A DNA stretch of 64,000 bases, from positions 127-64,126 of the forward strand of contig JAANWX010000107.1 of the NCBI GenBank assembly GCA_018263575.1. The letters run 5' to 3'. The notes beneath the pieces were generated by a model, which had not been told where the DNA came from, did no database searches, and saw only the letters and a program-made list of their open reading frames with translations. Positions within the stretch are counted from its first letter, which is position 1. Every line of letters begins with the position of its first letter. Shown piece by piece: positions 6,774 through 16,561 of the stretch. The position numbers were made by a program, and so were the translations under genes. The DNA comes from Chloroflexota bacterium (lineage in GTDB: Bacteria > Chloroflexota > Anaerolineae > Anaerolineales > UBA11858).

Positions 6774-8468
6774 ATGAAGAACAAACCTTGGCTTGATAGA
6801 TATGATGAAGGTGTACCCCAAAGCATAGATTATCCGGAAGTTCCCCTTTTCCATTTTCTAGAGGAGTCGGCCCGCAAGTACCCAGACCAGCCATGTACCA
6901 TCTTTAAAGGAGCCAAAATCTCTTATTCCGAGATGGATGCCCTTACAAACCGCTTGGCGGCGGGGTTAGCGAGCCTGGGAATCGAGAAAGGGGATCGGGT
7001 AGGATTATTTATGCCCAACACGCCCCAGTTCTTGCTGGCCTATTTCGCGGTGCTCAAGATTGGGGGCGTTGTTGTCGCCACCAATCCCATGTACACCGCG
7101 CGTGAAATTGAGCACCAGGCTAACGATTCGGGAATGGAAATTATGCTTGTCATGAGCAATTTCTATAACCAGGTCAAAGAGGTGCAGCATAAAACGAAAA
7201 TTCGTCAATTGGTGGTCACCAATCTCAAAGAGACCTTGCCTCCCGTAATGAGGCTTTTGTTCACCTTGGCCAAAGAGAAAAAGGGTGGTTTCCGAGTCGA
7301 TTTAAAGGACAACGATATTTGGATGCAAGATTTGATTTCCAAACATGCGCCTGAAGATCGCCCGGACGTGCAAGTTGGCCCTGACGATACGGCCATTTTC
7401 CAATATAGCGGCGGCACCACGGGAACGCCTAAGGCCGCCATTGCCCTGCACCGCAACTTGGTCGCCAATACCCTCCAAATTCTGCGCTGGATGCCAAACG
7501 CCGTCATGGGAGAAGAAGTCGTCCTCATGGCCATCCCCCTATATCACGTTTATGGCATGGTGGCGGGAATGAACTTTGGGCTAGCGGCCGGGGCCTCCAT
7601 TGTCATGGTGCCAGACGCCCGCGACATCAAAGACAGTGTTGCCACCTTAGAAAAGAATAAGGCCACCATTTTCCCTGCCGTCCCCGCCCTCTATAACGCC
7701 ATTAACCACTACCCCGACGTTGAAGCTGGCAAATACGATTTATCTTCCATCAAGGCCTGTATTTCCGGATCCGCCCCTCTCCTGCGCGAGACGAAAGAAA
7801 CCTTCGAGGCCCTGACAGGTGGTGTGGTTTTCGAAGGCTTCGGACTCTCAGAAGCCCCCACCGCGACCCACTGTAACCCGCTCCTGGGCGAAAACAAAAC
7901 CGGCTCAATTGGCATGCCCCTTTCGGATGTCGACGCGTGCATAGTTGACTTGGATGATGAAGAAACGGTGCTCCCCATCGGTGAAATTGGCGAATTGGTC
8001 GTCAAAGGCCCCCAGGTCTTCAAAGGCTATCACAATATGCCAACCGAGACCCGTAACGCCCTGCGAGAAGGATGGCTTTATACCGGAGACATTGCCCGCA
8101 TGGATGAAGATGGCTACTTCTACATTGTTGACCGCAAAAAAGAAGTCATCAAGCCCGGCGGTTTCCAGGTTTGGCCACGAGAAGTGGAAGAGGTAATCCA
8201 GGATCATCCCGCCGTATTCGAAGTTGGTGTCGCTGGCGTGTCTGATCCCTCCCGGGGTGGAGAGACCGTAAAGACCTGGGTAGTGCTCGAAGCCGGAAAG
8301 GAGATAGAGAAAGAAGAGCTGCGCACGTGGTGCAAAGAGCGTATGGCCAAGTACAAAGTGCCCACCCAGGTTGAATTCCGAGATGAGCTGCCCAAAACCC
8401 ACGTTGGCAAGCTCCTCCGCCGCGAGTTGGTCCGCCAGCATAAGGAAGAGGCTGGAGGTGGAGAGTAG
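6774..8468 (+). CDS. Long-chain fatty acid--CoA ligase (AMP-binding family)
   Basis: Motifs YSGGTTGTPKAA, GFGLSE, YTGDIARMDEDGYFYIVDRKKEVIK and a C-terminal PKTHVGK. The start is set at the ATG preceded by AGGAGGAA. The ORF track begins at 6711. Confidence 0.85.
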   Translation: MKNKPWLDRYDEGVPQSIDYPEVPLFHFLEESARKYPDQPCTIFKGAKISYSEMDALTNRLAAGLASLGIEKGDRVGLFMPNTPQFLLAYFAVLKIGGVVVATNPMYTAREIEHQANDSGMEIMLVMSNFYNQVKEVQHKTKIRQLVVTNLKETLPPVMRLLFTLAKEKKGGFRVDLKDNDIWMQDLISKHAPEDRPDVQVGPDDTAIFQYSGGTTGTPKAAIALHRNLVANTLQILRWMPNAVMGEEVVLMAIPLYHVYGMVAGMNFGLAAGASIVMVPDARDIKDSVATLEKNKATIFPAVPALYNAINHYPDVEAGKYDLSSIKACISGSAPLLRETKETFEALTGGVVFEGFGLSEAPTATHCNPLLGENKTGSIGMPLSDVDACIVDLDDEETVLPIGEIGELVVKGPQVFKGYHNMPTETRNALREGWLYTGDIARMDEDGYFYIVDRKKEVIKPGGFQVWPREVEEVIQDHPAVFEVGVAGVSDPSRGGETVKTWVVLEAGKEIEKEELRTWCKERMAKYKVPTQVEFRDELPKTHVGKLLRRELVRQHKEEAGGGE

Positions 8469-8520
8469 GAGGTTGACTATTAGTTATTAGCTATTGGATA
8501 TTAGCTATTTGAAGTCCCCG

Positions 8521-8565
8521 GCACTTTAACGCAGGAACAAGTGCCGGGGACTTCTCTAATCCCCC
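8521..8565. terminator. Bidirectional hairpin between convergent genes
   Basis: GAAGTCCCCGGCACT and AGTGCCGGGGACTTC form a 15-bp perfect stem between the stops at 8468 (+) and 8570 (-). Confidence 0.6.
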
Positions 8566-8569
8566 ATTA

Positions 8570-9571
8570 TCAGGACAATTTTCGAGAGAGCTTTTTCATA
8601 TACGCCCTTGCTTCCTGGTGTTTTTTAAACTTGCCTTCCTCTTTTTTGAACGCGGGCGTATGTCCATAGCGGCGGCCATTTACCAGGTTATAGCCTAGTT
8701 TTTTGTGCAGCAATTCATGATACATCACAAAATCAAGGACGTAGACGGGGGTGTCGGGCAAATCGAGGCTTCTGCTCACCATCAAGGTGTCGGTCGCATA
8801 GTGGTAGTGGCCAAATGACCTATAGGTAAGCTGCCTATTCCAGGTGAGATGCGGTTGCTCCATTTGATTATGAAAATAAAGGCGGTTGACGCGCTGGAAG
8901 ACATCCTCCAGGTTATAGTGCTTCCCCTGAGCGTTCGCCCCTTGCGGAATACCAAGATATTCCAATTCATGCACAACTTCAGCATAAGTTTCCCCCGCGC
9001 TAAATTCTTTGACCAGGGCCTTGTCTTGTGGGGAGCCTTTTTCGTAAGCGATATTGACAAGGGCCTCGAATACCTCTTGAGAAGCAAAAATATACGCCTC
9101 GTGAATTTTGATCTCTAGCACCGAGCCTTTGGCGCGCATCATATACAAACTCCCAAAGTGAAAAAGGTTTATGTGAGGTTTGAAACGTTTCTTCAAACGC
9201 GGGGCTGAAATGGTCTCAATATAATTATGGAGCTGGCACATGGCCCGCAGGTGCTGGTGAAGGGTAGCGCTTTCACTCAGGAACTTCAGCCACTGATATG
9301 CCCGCCGGGAACGGACCGATAAATTTGCCGCGCTGGCTTCGTTCCTCTCGAAAATATCTTCCGCAGATTGAACAAGTTCGTCTATATCCCCTCGAAGCGC
9401 CACCACCTGAGGGTTTTCGAGGAGAGATTCCAGGTCAGCAGAACCATCTTTTGAGACCAGGAAATTCATTTTCCTCTGGATATAATTACAAGCCTTAATC
9501 AAGTTGTCCACATAGAGTGTTTTTGTCGTTGACATGCCGCCCATTATGGCTTTTCTATTCGTAGTTGTCAA
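8570..9571 (-). CDS. SprT-like zinc metalloprotease domain protein
   Basis: The C-terminal YHELLHKKLGYNLVNGRRYGHTPAFKKE fits HExxH-(x13)-GHxPxF of SprT/SPRTN-type domains. The N-terminal 250 aa or so are unassigned. Confidence 0.5.
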   Translation of the reverse strand: MTTTNRKAIMGGMSTTKTLYVDNLIKACNYIQRKMNFLVSKDGSADLESLLENPQVVALRGDIDELVQSAEDIFERNEASAANLSVRSRRAYQWLKFLSESATLHQHLRAMCQLHNYIETISAPRLKKRFKPHINLFHFGSLYMMRAKGSVLEIKIHEAYIFASQEVFEALVNIAYEKGSPQDKALVKEFSAGETYAEVVHELEYLGIPQGANAQGKHYNLEDVFQRVNRLYFHNQMEQPHLTWNRQLTYRSFGHYHYATDTLMVSRSLDLPDTPVYVLDFVMYHELLHKKLGYNLVNGRRYGHTPAFKKEEGKFKKHQEARAYMKKLSRKLS

Positions 9572-9664
9572 CCGCTGTCGGGGCTTACTTTTAGGGGAAT
9601 CACATTTGAAGAAAAAAGTATCCTCTCAAAAAAAGGAAGGAATGTAGCCGAGATTTTCGCGCAG

Positions 9665-9714
9665 CCACACGGTGTTGCCCACAGGGCATGCAGAGCACAC
9701 CCATTTGGTGTGCC
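9665..9714 (-). repeat. Internally deleted copy (R3) of the 88-nt repeat
   Basis: Keeps both terminal blocks (CCACACGGTGTTGCCCAC and GAGCACACCCATTTGGTGTGCC) and the central TGCATGCCCT, but lacks both arms of the GCTTTGCG/CGCAAAGC stem. Confidence 0.75.
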
Positions 9715-9883
9715 CGGAGGGGACGAAATCTCGCGTGCACGGGGTCGCTTCACTTCATAACTTACATACGAACCCTACCCAGATCATGTTATAATAGCCT
9801 GGCTCCTAACAAATGGAGCCAAAAATAGAACACAAGCCAAGCACAACGGCATAATATACAAACAACTACACGATGAGAAAAAT

Positions 9884-10804
9884 ATGAAAGTATTAATAAC
9901 TGGCATAGCCGGTTTTCTCGGTTCTACACTCGCTAACAACATGGTGCAGGCCGGACATGAAGTAAGAGGAATAGACGACTTATCCACAGGCAACGCGCAA
10001 AGATTAGATCCCAAGGTGCTTTTCACACGGGGGGATATCATGGACCGCCCCAAGCTTTGGACTTTGCTTCAGGACGTGGATTGCGTCTTTCATCTAGCGG
10101 CCCGGGTCGCGGTCCAAGAATCAATTTTATACCCACGGGAATATAACCTGGCCAATGTAGGGGGAACGGTCAGCCTCATGGAAGCCATGCGCGATGTGGG
10201 CGTGGAACGGGTGGTCTTCACCTCTTCGGGCGCAGTGTACGGGGCCCAAGAGGACCAACCTCTCGTGGAAGATATGACCCCCGCCCCCGACTCGCCCTAC
10301 GCGGTCTCCAAATTATCGGCGGAATATTATATCAACACCATCGGCCACTTGTGGGGGATTGAAACCGTGAGCCTGCGCATCTTCAACGCCTACGGCCCCG
10401 GACAAAACCTGCCCGCCTCTCACCCCCCTGTGATTCCCAACTTCTTGCACCAGGCTGTCCAAGCGGGAACACTGGTGATTCACAACAGCGGATATCAAAC
10501 CCGAGATTACGTCTTTGTCGACGATGTCGTGCGCGCCATCACCTCAGCCGGAACCGCACCCGGTGTGGATGGCAAACTCATCAACGTGGGCAGCGGAACC
10601 GAAACCAGCGTCAAGGAATTGGCCAATCTGGTCCAAAAGGTGACGGGCAGCGAGCCTGAAGTTATTTTCAACCCCAAATCCAAAGGGGGCATAAGCCAAA
10701 TGCGGGCCGACATTACCCGCGCCAAGAACTTGTTGGGATACACCCCGAAAACTTCCCTGGAAGAAGGCCTCCGCCTGACCTTGGAGCGGGACGAACGGTT
10801 CTAA
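9884..10804 (+). CDS. NAD-dependent epimerase/dehydratase (GalE-like SDR)
   Basis: GxxGxxG (TGIAGFLGS) at the N-terminus and the catalytic YxxxK (YAVSK). 306 aa. Confidence 0.8.
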   Translation: MKVLITGIAGFLGSTLANNMVQAGHEVRGIDDLSTGNAQRLDPKVLFTRGDIMDRPKLWTLLQDVDCVFHLAARVAVQESILYPREYNLANVGGTVSLMEAMRDVGVERVVFTSSGAVYGAQEDQPLVEDMTPAPDSPYAVSKLSAEYYINTIGHLWGIETVSLRIFNAYGPGQNLPASHPPVIPNFLHQAVQAGTLVIHNSGYQTRDYVFVDDVVRAITSAGTAPGVDGKLINVGSGTETSVKELANLVQKVTGSEPEVIFNPKSKGGISQMRADITRAKNLLGYTPKTSLEEGLRLTLERDERF

Positions 10805-10807
10805 AAT

Positions 10808-10848
10808 GGTTGTGTAGGGGTGGGTCTGAGACCCACCCCTACACAACC
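10808..10848. terminator. Bidirectional hairpin terminator
   Basis: GGTTGTGTAGGGGTGGGTC-TGA-GACCCACCCCTACACAACC forms a 19-bp perfect stem between the stops at 10804 (+) and 10853 (-). Confidence 0.7.
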
Positions 10849-10852
10849 GTTC

Positions 10853-12292
10853 CTACAAAACATCCACATCGTGTACCCCCGATTCCTGCTTCCCGGCCGG
10901 CGTGATGCGGATAAATTCCGCGTTTTCCCAAAATTCAGGCACGGTCTTCGCCCCCGCGTAACTCATGCCCGACCGTAAACCGCCCACAATTTGATGCAGC
11001 ATATCGCCCACCGACCCCCGGTATGGGACAACGGCCTCTACCCCCTCAGGGACAACTTCGCCCCAATCAATTTCCTGCTCAGATTTGTCGATCGCCTTGC
11101 GGTCTACGTTGGCGGTCAGGGAGGCCATGCCCCGGATGACCTTCTTCTGTTGGCCGTCGCGGATGACACTGGCCCCGGGACTCTCGTCGGTGCCGGCCAG
11201 CATGCCGCCCAACATGACCGTGCTCGCCCCCGCGCCAATGGCCTTGGAGACATCGCCCGACTTGCGGATTCCGCCGTCAGCGACGATGGGCACGCCCAAC
11301 TCGTGGCCGACTTCCGCGCACTCGGAGACGGCCGTCAACTGGGGGACGCCAAACCCGGTCACGACCCGGGTGATGCAGATGGAACCGGACCCCACCCCCA
11401 CCTTGACAGCGTCCGCCCCGGCCTCGGCCAGGTCCCGCACCCCGGCGGCCGTGGCCACGTTCCCGGCCATGACCGGGACAGCGGGGAATCTCTCCTTGAG
11501 GTCGCGCACCATCTGGATGGTATGTTCGGCGTGGCCGTGGGCCACATCCACCACCAAAAGATCCGCCCCCCCACCCAGGCAGGCTTCCGCGCGCACGTAA
11601 TCGGAACGATGAATGCCGACCGCCACGCCCACCCGCAAACGGCCGCGCTCATCTTTGGTAGCGTGGGGGTGTTTTTGTAACTTGATAATATCCTGGGCGG
11701 TGATAAGGCCTTGGACCCGATTTTCGCCATCCACCAGGGGGAGCTTTTCCACGCGGTGCTTGTGAAGGGTGAGGCGGGCTTCGTGCAGGGCCTCGTCGGC
11801 GGAGGCCACCACTAGCTCAGCGCGGGGGGTCATCACGCGCTCGGCGGAGACACCTTTATCGGGCGCCAGGAGCATGTCCCGGCTGGTGAGCAGCCCCAAA
11901 AGGCGGCCTTCCCCATCCACGACCACCAAGCCGCCAATGTGGGCCTCTTCCATAATGGTTTCCGCCTCGCGAAGGCTGGTGGTGGGGGCAATGGTGAGGG
12001 GGTCCTCGACAATGAAACTTTCGGAGCGTTTCACCTTATCCACGGCCTGGGCCTGGGCCTCAATGCTCATGAAGCGGTGAATGATGCCGATCCCCCCCGC
12101 CTGGGCCATGGCGATGGCCATCTCCGCCTCGGTGACGGTATCCATGTTGGAGCTGATAATGGGGATGTGCAGCCGAATGCCAGGGACGAGATGGGTGGAG
12201 GTATCCACCTCGGAGCGGCTGCGAATGCTGGAGCGTTTGGGGATCAGTAAAACGTCGTCGAATGTTAATCCAGTTTGGGTGCGCAATTTCAT
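10853..12292 (-). CDS. guaB: IMP dehydrogenase
   Basis: 479 aa. Motifs GGIGIIHR, a tandem CBS insert, GSGSICITR and [10 protein letters not shown]. Confidence 0.95.
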   Translation of the reverse strand: MKLRTQTGLTFDDVLLIPKRSSIRSRSEVDTSTHLVPGIRLHIPIISSNMDTVTEAEMAIAMAQAGGIGIIHRFMSIEAQAQAVDKVKRSESFIVEDPLTIAPTTSLREAETIMEEAHIGGLVVVDGEGRLLGLLTSRDMLLAPDKGVSAERVMTPRAELVVASADEALHEARLTLHKHRVEKLPLVDGENRVQGLITAQDIIKLQKHPHATKDERGRLRVGVAVGIHRSDYVRAEACLGGGADLLVVDVAHGHAEHTIQMVRDLKERFPAVPVMAGNVATAAGVRDLAEAGADAVKVGVGSGSICITRVVTGFGVPQLTAVSECAEVGHELGVPIVADGGIRKSGDVSKAIGAGASTVMLGGMLAGTDESPGASVIRDGQQKKVIRGMASLTANVDRKAIDKSEQEIDWGEVVPEGVEAVVPYRGSVGDMLHQIVGGLRSGMSYAGAKTVPEFWENAEFIRITPAGKQESGVHDVDVL

Positions 12293-12344
12293 TGTGACCT
12301 CCTTCAGGGGTAGGGAATTGAGCTTCCCTATTATAGCTTATTTG

Positions 12345-12489
12345 GGGGAATGGGGCAGGGAGCGGGAATCAGGAAATCAGGGAGCAGGGAAGCTGGAAAC
12401 AGGAAACCAGGGAGCAGGGAAGCAGGGGAGCTGGAATCGGGAAACCAGGGAGCAGGGAAGCTGGAAACAGGAAACCAGGGAGCAGGGAA
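12345..12489. repeat. Tandem 7-8-nt array GGRAANCW/GGGAGCA, the inverted version of the 1-144 unit family
   Basis: About 19 units. Blocks such as AGGGAGCAGGGAAGCTGGAAACAGGAAACC recur, which indicates higher-order periodicity. The reverse complement reads CTGGTTTCC/CTGTTTCC. Confidence 0.9.
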
Positions 12490-12497
12490 TGTCATTA

Positions 12498-12595
12498 AGA
12501 CCTGACAGGTTTTAGAGCACACTTTTGGGCAGAACGATGCGCTTGGCCGCGCCGAATCGAGTTAAAAATGTCGCCTCGGGAAACCTGTCAGGTCT
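12498..12595 (+). mobile_element. 98-bp MITE-like element, copy 1
   Basis: Terminal inverted repeats AGACCTGACAGGT and ACCTGTCAGGTCT (13 bp, perfect). The reverse complement of 41262-41359 aligns over the full length at an estimated 85 percent identity by eye. No ORF. Confidence 0.8.
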
Positions 12596-12804
12596 ACAGA
12601 TGTGCGCTGCACCTGCTTTTGGGTGCATTGCACATCTGTTGGTGGGAGATGGGATTGAGGTCTTTGCTCTGAGGGATGAAATGGTATCCGTTCTTTCGAG
12701 TGCGTGCTGTTGGCGGAACTTCGGCGCTGAAACCTCGGAGGTCTTGCGAGTTTTGACCAGGTGAAATGATAATAAAGTCTTAGTGCACGCGCTCTTTTGG
12801 GGAA

Positions 12805-13416
12805 TTGGCAGGGTTTAGCAATTTGCGCTATAATAAAGTCAAGAAAACATTAAAAACGTTCGTGATAAATACATTTATCGAAAGTAGGTTGATTGAAAAA
12901 CGAGGAGAAATTAAAACAGTGATTGAATATAATACTATATTTTCCGTATGTATAGGAGGTTTGCTAACGTTACTTGGAACATTATTGGCCAATTTTCTTC
13001 AATATCGATCCGAAGAACGCAAAAGAAAAATAGAGAGAAAGAAAGAACGATTTGCTGAAATACGTCGTTATCTAGCAGTATGTTTGGAATTTGCTGACTT
13101 AACTACCATTCCAGCAACAATGGGTGAAGAAAGATTTGATCATAACGCGTTTGATGAATGGGAAGATCTCATTAATAAACATCAAAAAAAATGGGAATCC
13201 CTTCCAGTACACGGTTCTGGAAGAGTTTTGTATGTTGATGACAAAAAAATCATAGACTGGTTGTCCAAGATTGACCAATTAAAAATATTTTTCTACGCTC
13301 ATTATTATGTTATGATCAAAGACAGAGAAATAGTTAGCCCAAAAGAAAAACTGGATGAATTAAAAGATTTAACTCAGAAAGTTAGTAACAGATTAGATGT
13401 TCTTCTTAGTAATTAA
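12805..13416 (+). CDS. Hypothetical single-pass membrane protein in an AT-rich islet
   Basis: 203-aa ORF from a TTG start. A GTG at 12919, preceded by GAGGAG, is an alternative start just before the TM helix IFSVCIGGLLTLLGTLLANFL. The remainder is Lys/Glu-rich and helical. Confidence 0.5.
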   Translation: MAGFSNLRYNKVKKTLKTFVINTFIESRLIEKRGEIKTVIEYNTIFSVCIGGLLTLLGTLLANFLQYRSEERKRKIERKKERFAEIRRYLAVCLEFADLTTIPATMGEERFDHNAFDEWEDLINKHQKKWESLPVHGSGRVLYVDDKKIIDWLSKIDQLKIFFYAHYYVMIKDREIVSPKEKLDELKDLTQKVSNRLDVLLSN

Positions 13417-13644
13417 ATTTCATTCCTATCAAAGTGCTGGTCACCATCCAGCCCTCTTTGAATATAAAGAACTACTGAAATCGTGTACACCTTATGGTTT
13501 AAATTAAACATCCGTGAGGTCGATGTTTCAAGTCTAAATAAACCAATGGTTATTATTGAACTTTTTATTTGAATAAGAATATAGCCAGCTAAGAAATTCG
13601 CCTAAATACGCCAGGTCGCAGGCTTGCGTCCTGCTTGGCTTACG

Positions 13645-13667
13645 AACTCCCGAAAGGGAGTTTTTTG
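13645..13667 (+). terminator. Intrinsic terminator
   Basis: AACTCCC-GAAA-GGGAGTT followed by TTTTT. Confidence 0.6.
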
Positions 13668-13806
13668 ATTCCGGGGATGAAACAAGTTGAGTTTTCCCCA
13701 ATTCGGTCCCGACGTCTGCTATCCCATTTGTGATAAAATCCAGGTGTGTGGCAGTCTGTTAAGGTGAGTTTCAAGCCTGACAAGCCCCACAGCTTATGCA
13801 AAACGT

Positions 13807-14757
13807 ATGGCATTGGCATTCTGTTTATCCATGAAGGAAACATCCCCCATGACCATCCCCCCCATTGAACGCAAAATCCGCTCCGGATTACCCCTGATCC
13901 GCTTCATGCAAAAGTATATCCCAGTGCCCGTGACCAACTTTCTGCTGCGGCGAAGCGTGGCACGCGTCGAGCTGGGTGAGGGTGTACGTCGGGAAGCCGT
14001 CTCCGCCGACGGTGTGCCGTGTACCTGGCTGATCCCCGAGAACGGTCGCGCAGATCACGTGTTGCTCTACCTGCATGGGGGCGGGTTCGTGTACGGCCTG
14101 ACCCCCCTCCACCTGAAAATGGGAGCCTATTTGGCGCGGGAAATGGGCCTGCGCCTCCTGATGGTCGATTACCGCCTGGCCCCGGAGCATCCCTTCCCCG
14201 CCGCGTTGGAGGACAGCGTCACGGCCTATGGCTGGTTGTTGAAGCAGGGCGTTTCGGCCCAGGACATGGTGGTGGCCGGCGATTCAGCGGGCGGGAATTT
14301 GACGATCACCACCTTGATGAAATTGCGCGACGAGGGTATTCCGCTACCCGCTGCGGCGGCCTGTCTCTCGCCTGCCACAGACTTCACCCCAAAAGAAAAC
14401 CAGCGCCCAGGGTTCGAAGATCCAATGATACCTCCCAAAGCCGTGAAGCTTTATACCCAAGCGTATGTGGGAGAGGATGATCCCCACCATCCCCTGATCT
14501 CGCCCGTGTTTGGCGATTTGCACGGGCTGCCTCCCTTGCTTGTGCACGCCGGAGAAGATGAGATTTTGCGGGAGGACGCGGTCCGCATCGTCCGTGTGGC
14601 CCAATCCGCGGGCGTAGACGCGCGCCTGGAGATTTACCCGCGCATGTGGCACGTCTGGCAATTGAATTTGGACTTGCCCCAAGCAACCCGCTCCTTGGAT
14701 GATATTATCCAGTTTTTCCAAACACATAAAAATGTACAAAACCCAACTCCAATCTGA
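13807..14757 (+). CDS. Alpha/beta hydrolase, HSL/Aes-type esterase
   Basis: Oxyanion-hole HGGGF (YLHGGGFVYG), nucleophile elbow GDSAGGN, and distal DP/H residues. The true start may be an internal Met (13831 or 13849). Confidence 0.85.
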   Translation: MALAFCLSMKETSPMTIPPIERKIRSGLPLIRFMQKYIPVPVTNFLLRRSVARVELGEGVRREAVSADGVPCTWLIPENGRADHVLLYLHGGGFVYGLTPLHLKMGAYLAREMGLRLLMVDYRLAPEHPFPAALEDSVTAYGWLLKQGVSAQDMVVAGDSAGGNLTITTLMKLRDEGIPLPAAAACLSPATDFTPKENQRPGFEDPMIPPKAVKLYTQAYVGEDDPHHPLISPVFGDLHGLPPLLVHAGEDEILREDAVRIVRVAQSAGVDARLEIYPRMWHVWQLNLDLPQATRSLDDIIQFFQTHKNVQNPTPI

Positions 14758-15325
14758 AAACAACCACATCCAAAAAATAAAACTCCTGGAAGACGCTCGC
14801 CCCCTAGCTTATTCACAAGTCCTCGAACGTTGGCAGGGGGATGCGGCCTTTCGCGATTTCTTCCTTTCCCTCTTAGAAAAGGCCCCTTTTGACTCTTATC
14901 AGTGGGAAACGCCCCCGGTCACTACCGGGAACATGGGTCGTGCGTTCGAGTTCGTTCTCGTTGACAGCCCTTATTTGCCCCAGACGGCTGACCCCACCGC
15001 CTTCAAGGAGCATTTTCGAGCTGTTCAACCCGAGCGGGAAGTGGCCATCTTCCCCAATCTCGGCCATGACGCCCTGCTGATCGCTCCCACGCCACAAGAT
15101 TCATGGCATGCCTATGCCCACCTGGCCTCCTTCGTGCGCGGGGCTCCCCGGAGACAAGTCCACGCATTATGGATAGCCGTTGGCGAAAGCATGCAAAAAC
15201 ACATCGGGGGGAAACCAATCTGGTTGAACACGGCCGGGGGCGGCGTTCCGTGGCTTCACGTGCGCCTGGATTCCCGCCCCAAGTATTACCGGTATCGTCC
15301 CTATAAGAATTTGGCTCATCTATAA
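14732..15325 (+). CDS. Hypothetical protein
   Basis: ORF 14699-15325. Start is set at the second Met to reduce overlap with the esterase gene. No motif recognised. Confidence 0.45.
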   Translation: MYKTQLQSENNHIQKIKLLEDARPLAYSQVLERWQGDAAFRDFFLSLLEKAPFDSYQWETPPVTTGNMGRAFEFVLVDSPYLPQTADPTAFKEHFRAVQPEREVAIFPNLGHDALLIAPTPQDSWHAYAHLASFVRGAPRRQVHALWIAVGESMQKHIGGKPIWLNTAGGGVPWLHVRLDSRPKYYRYRPYKNLAHL

Positions 15326-15466
15326 CAAATGTGCAGGTGATAGCGAGGTGACAGTCACTTGCGAAGTGACTGTCACCTCGCTTCCATCTTTCCCCAAATG
15401 CGATCGCCCTATCGGAAACCCGAGAAATCTTGAACAAACCCACCCCAATGTTGTACAATAGTCCCC

Positions 15467-16057
15467 ATGCAATTGAAGCAATCCTTTTTCGCCCGTAATA
15501 CCCTGGAAGTGGCCCGCGACTTGTTGGGCACCCGCCTGGTTAAAGTTGAGGAGGGCAAAAGAATTTCTGGTTTCATAGTAGAAACCGAAGCCTATTGCGG
15601 AGAGGATGACCAAGGCTGCCATTGCCGGGCCGGGCGCACGGAACGCACCTCGGTCATGTACGGCCCTCCCGGCCACAGCTATGTGTATTTTGTGTACGGC
15701 ATGCACTGGCTGCTCAACTTCGTCACCGAAAGGGAGGAGTATCCGGGCGCAGTCCTCATTCGCGCCATCATCCCCGAGGAAGGCCAGGAGATCATCGCCG
15801 CCCGCCGGGACGGAATCCCTCCCGCCCAATGGACGAACGGTCCCGCCAAGCTCTGCCAGGCCCTGGGTATTGACGGGGGCCTTAACAATTACAATATTTG
15901 CGCCCCCCACGCCCCGCTCTTTGTGGAACAGGGAGAAAAAATCCCCGATGAGCGTGTACAAACTACAGCGAGGGTGGGCTTGAACACAGTCCCAGAACCG
16001 TGGAAAAGCATCCCCTGGCGCTTTGTGGTTGAGAATCTTCGGGAACTTGATAAATAA
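15467..16057 (+). CDS. mpg: DNA-3-methyladenine glycosylase (AAG/MPG family)
   Basis: ARDLLG..L, VETEAY..EDD..CH and MYGPPGHSYVYFVYGMHWLLN are typical of the family. Confidence 0.85.
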   Translation: MQLKQSFFARNTLEVARDLLGTRLVKVEEGKRISGFIVETEAYCGEDDQGCHCRAGRTERTSVMYGPPGHSYVYFVYGMHWLLNFVTEREEYPGAVLIRAIIPEEGQEIIAARRDGIPPAQWTNGPAKLCQALGIDGGLNNYNICAPHAPLFVEQGEKIPDERVQTTARVGLNTVPEPWKSIPWRFVVENLRELDK

Positions 16058-16255
16058 GGGGTAATGTTCGCCTGGGTAAGAGGTGTAGGACTACGCAGAT
16101 GGGTAGCTAACCCAATCGCATTGGGTGGATATTCTTAACTTGCTCCCTGCTAAGGCGCCTGGTATACTTATACAAGAATGACATTTTGTACAAATTGTCT
16201 AAAAAATGCCAGCTAATTTTCACGCTCATTAACTACCCCAATTACGGAGGGTAAA

Positions 16256-16561
16256 ATGCCTACGGTAATATCATCGTCCGAGTTACGAACGGGAATAAAA
16301 CAAGTTCTCAATGAAGTAGGCTACGGCCAAAAACAATACATCGTCGAGCGCTTTGGAGAGCCTACGGCCGCTGTCATCAGCATCAAGGACTTGCGATTAT
16401 TACAAGCCGTCAAAGAACAACAAGCGGATACAACCCTGAAAGATACAGTCGCCTCGATTCAGGCACGTACAAAAGACTTAGATGCCAACGAACTAAATTC
16501 ATTGGTGGAAGAAGCCCGGTCTGAGTTTTACGATTTGGAAAATAAAACCTCCCATGAATGA
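16256..16561 (+). CDS. Type II antitoxin, Phd/YefM family
   Basis: 101 aa. The N-terminus (ISSSELRTGIKQVLNEV...YIVERFGEPTAAVISIKD) has the Phd/YefM pattern. 8-nt overlap with the PIN gene. Confidence 0.7.
   Translation: MPTVISSSELRTGIKQVLNEVGYGQKQYIVERFGEPTAAVISIKDLRLLQAVKEQQADTTLKDTVASIQARTKDLDANELNSLVEEARSEFYDLENKTSHE

Noticed and set aside
10991-12250. Several 100-230-aa ORFs antisense to or out of frame with guaB (e.g. 10991-11680, 11085-11600, 11359-11730, 11769-12080)
   Set aside because: They lie entirely inside a well-supported conserved gene. Their low-complexity Ala/Arg/Pro/Gly composition is typical of GC-rich shadow frames.
15320-15961. 213-aa minus-strand ORF
   Set aside because: It is antisense to the well-supported mpg gene, has no motifs, and starts in the intergenic region.
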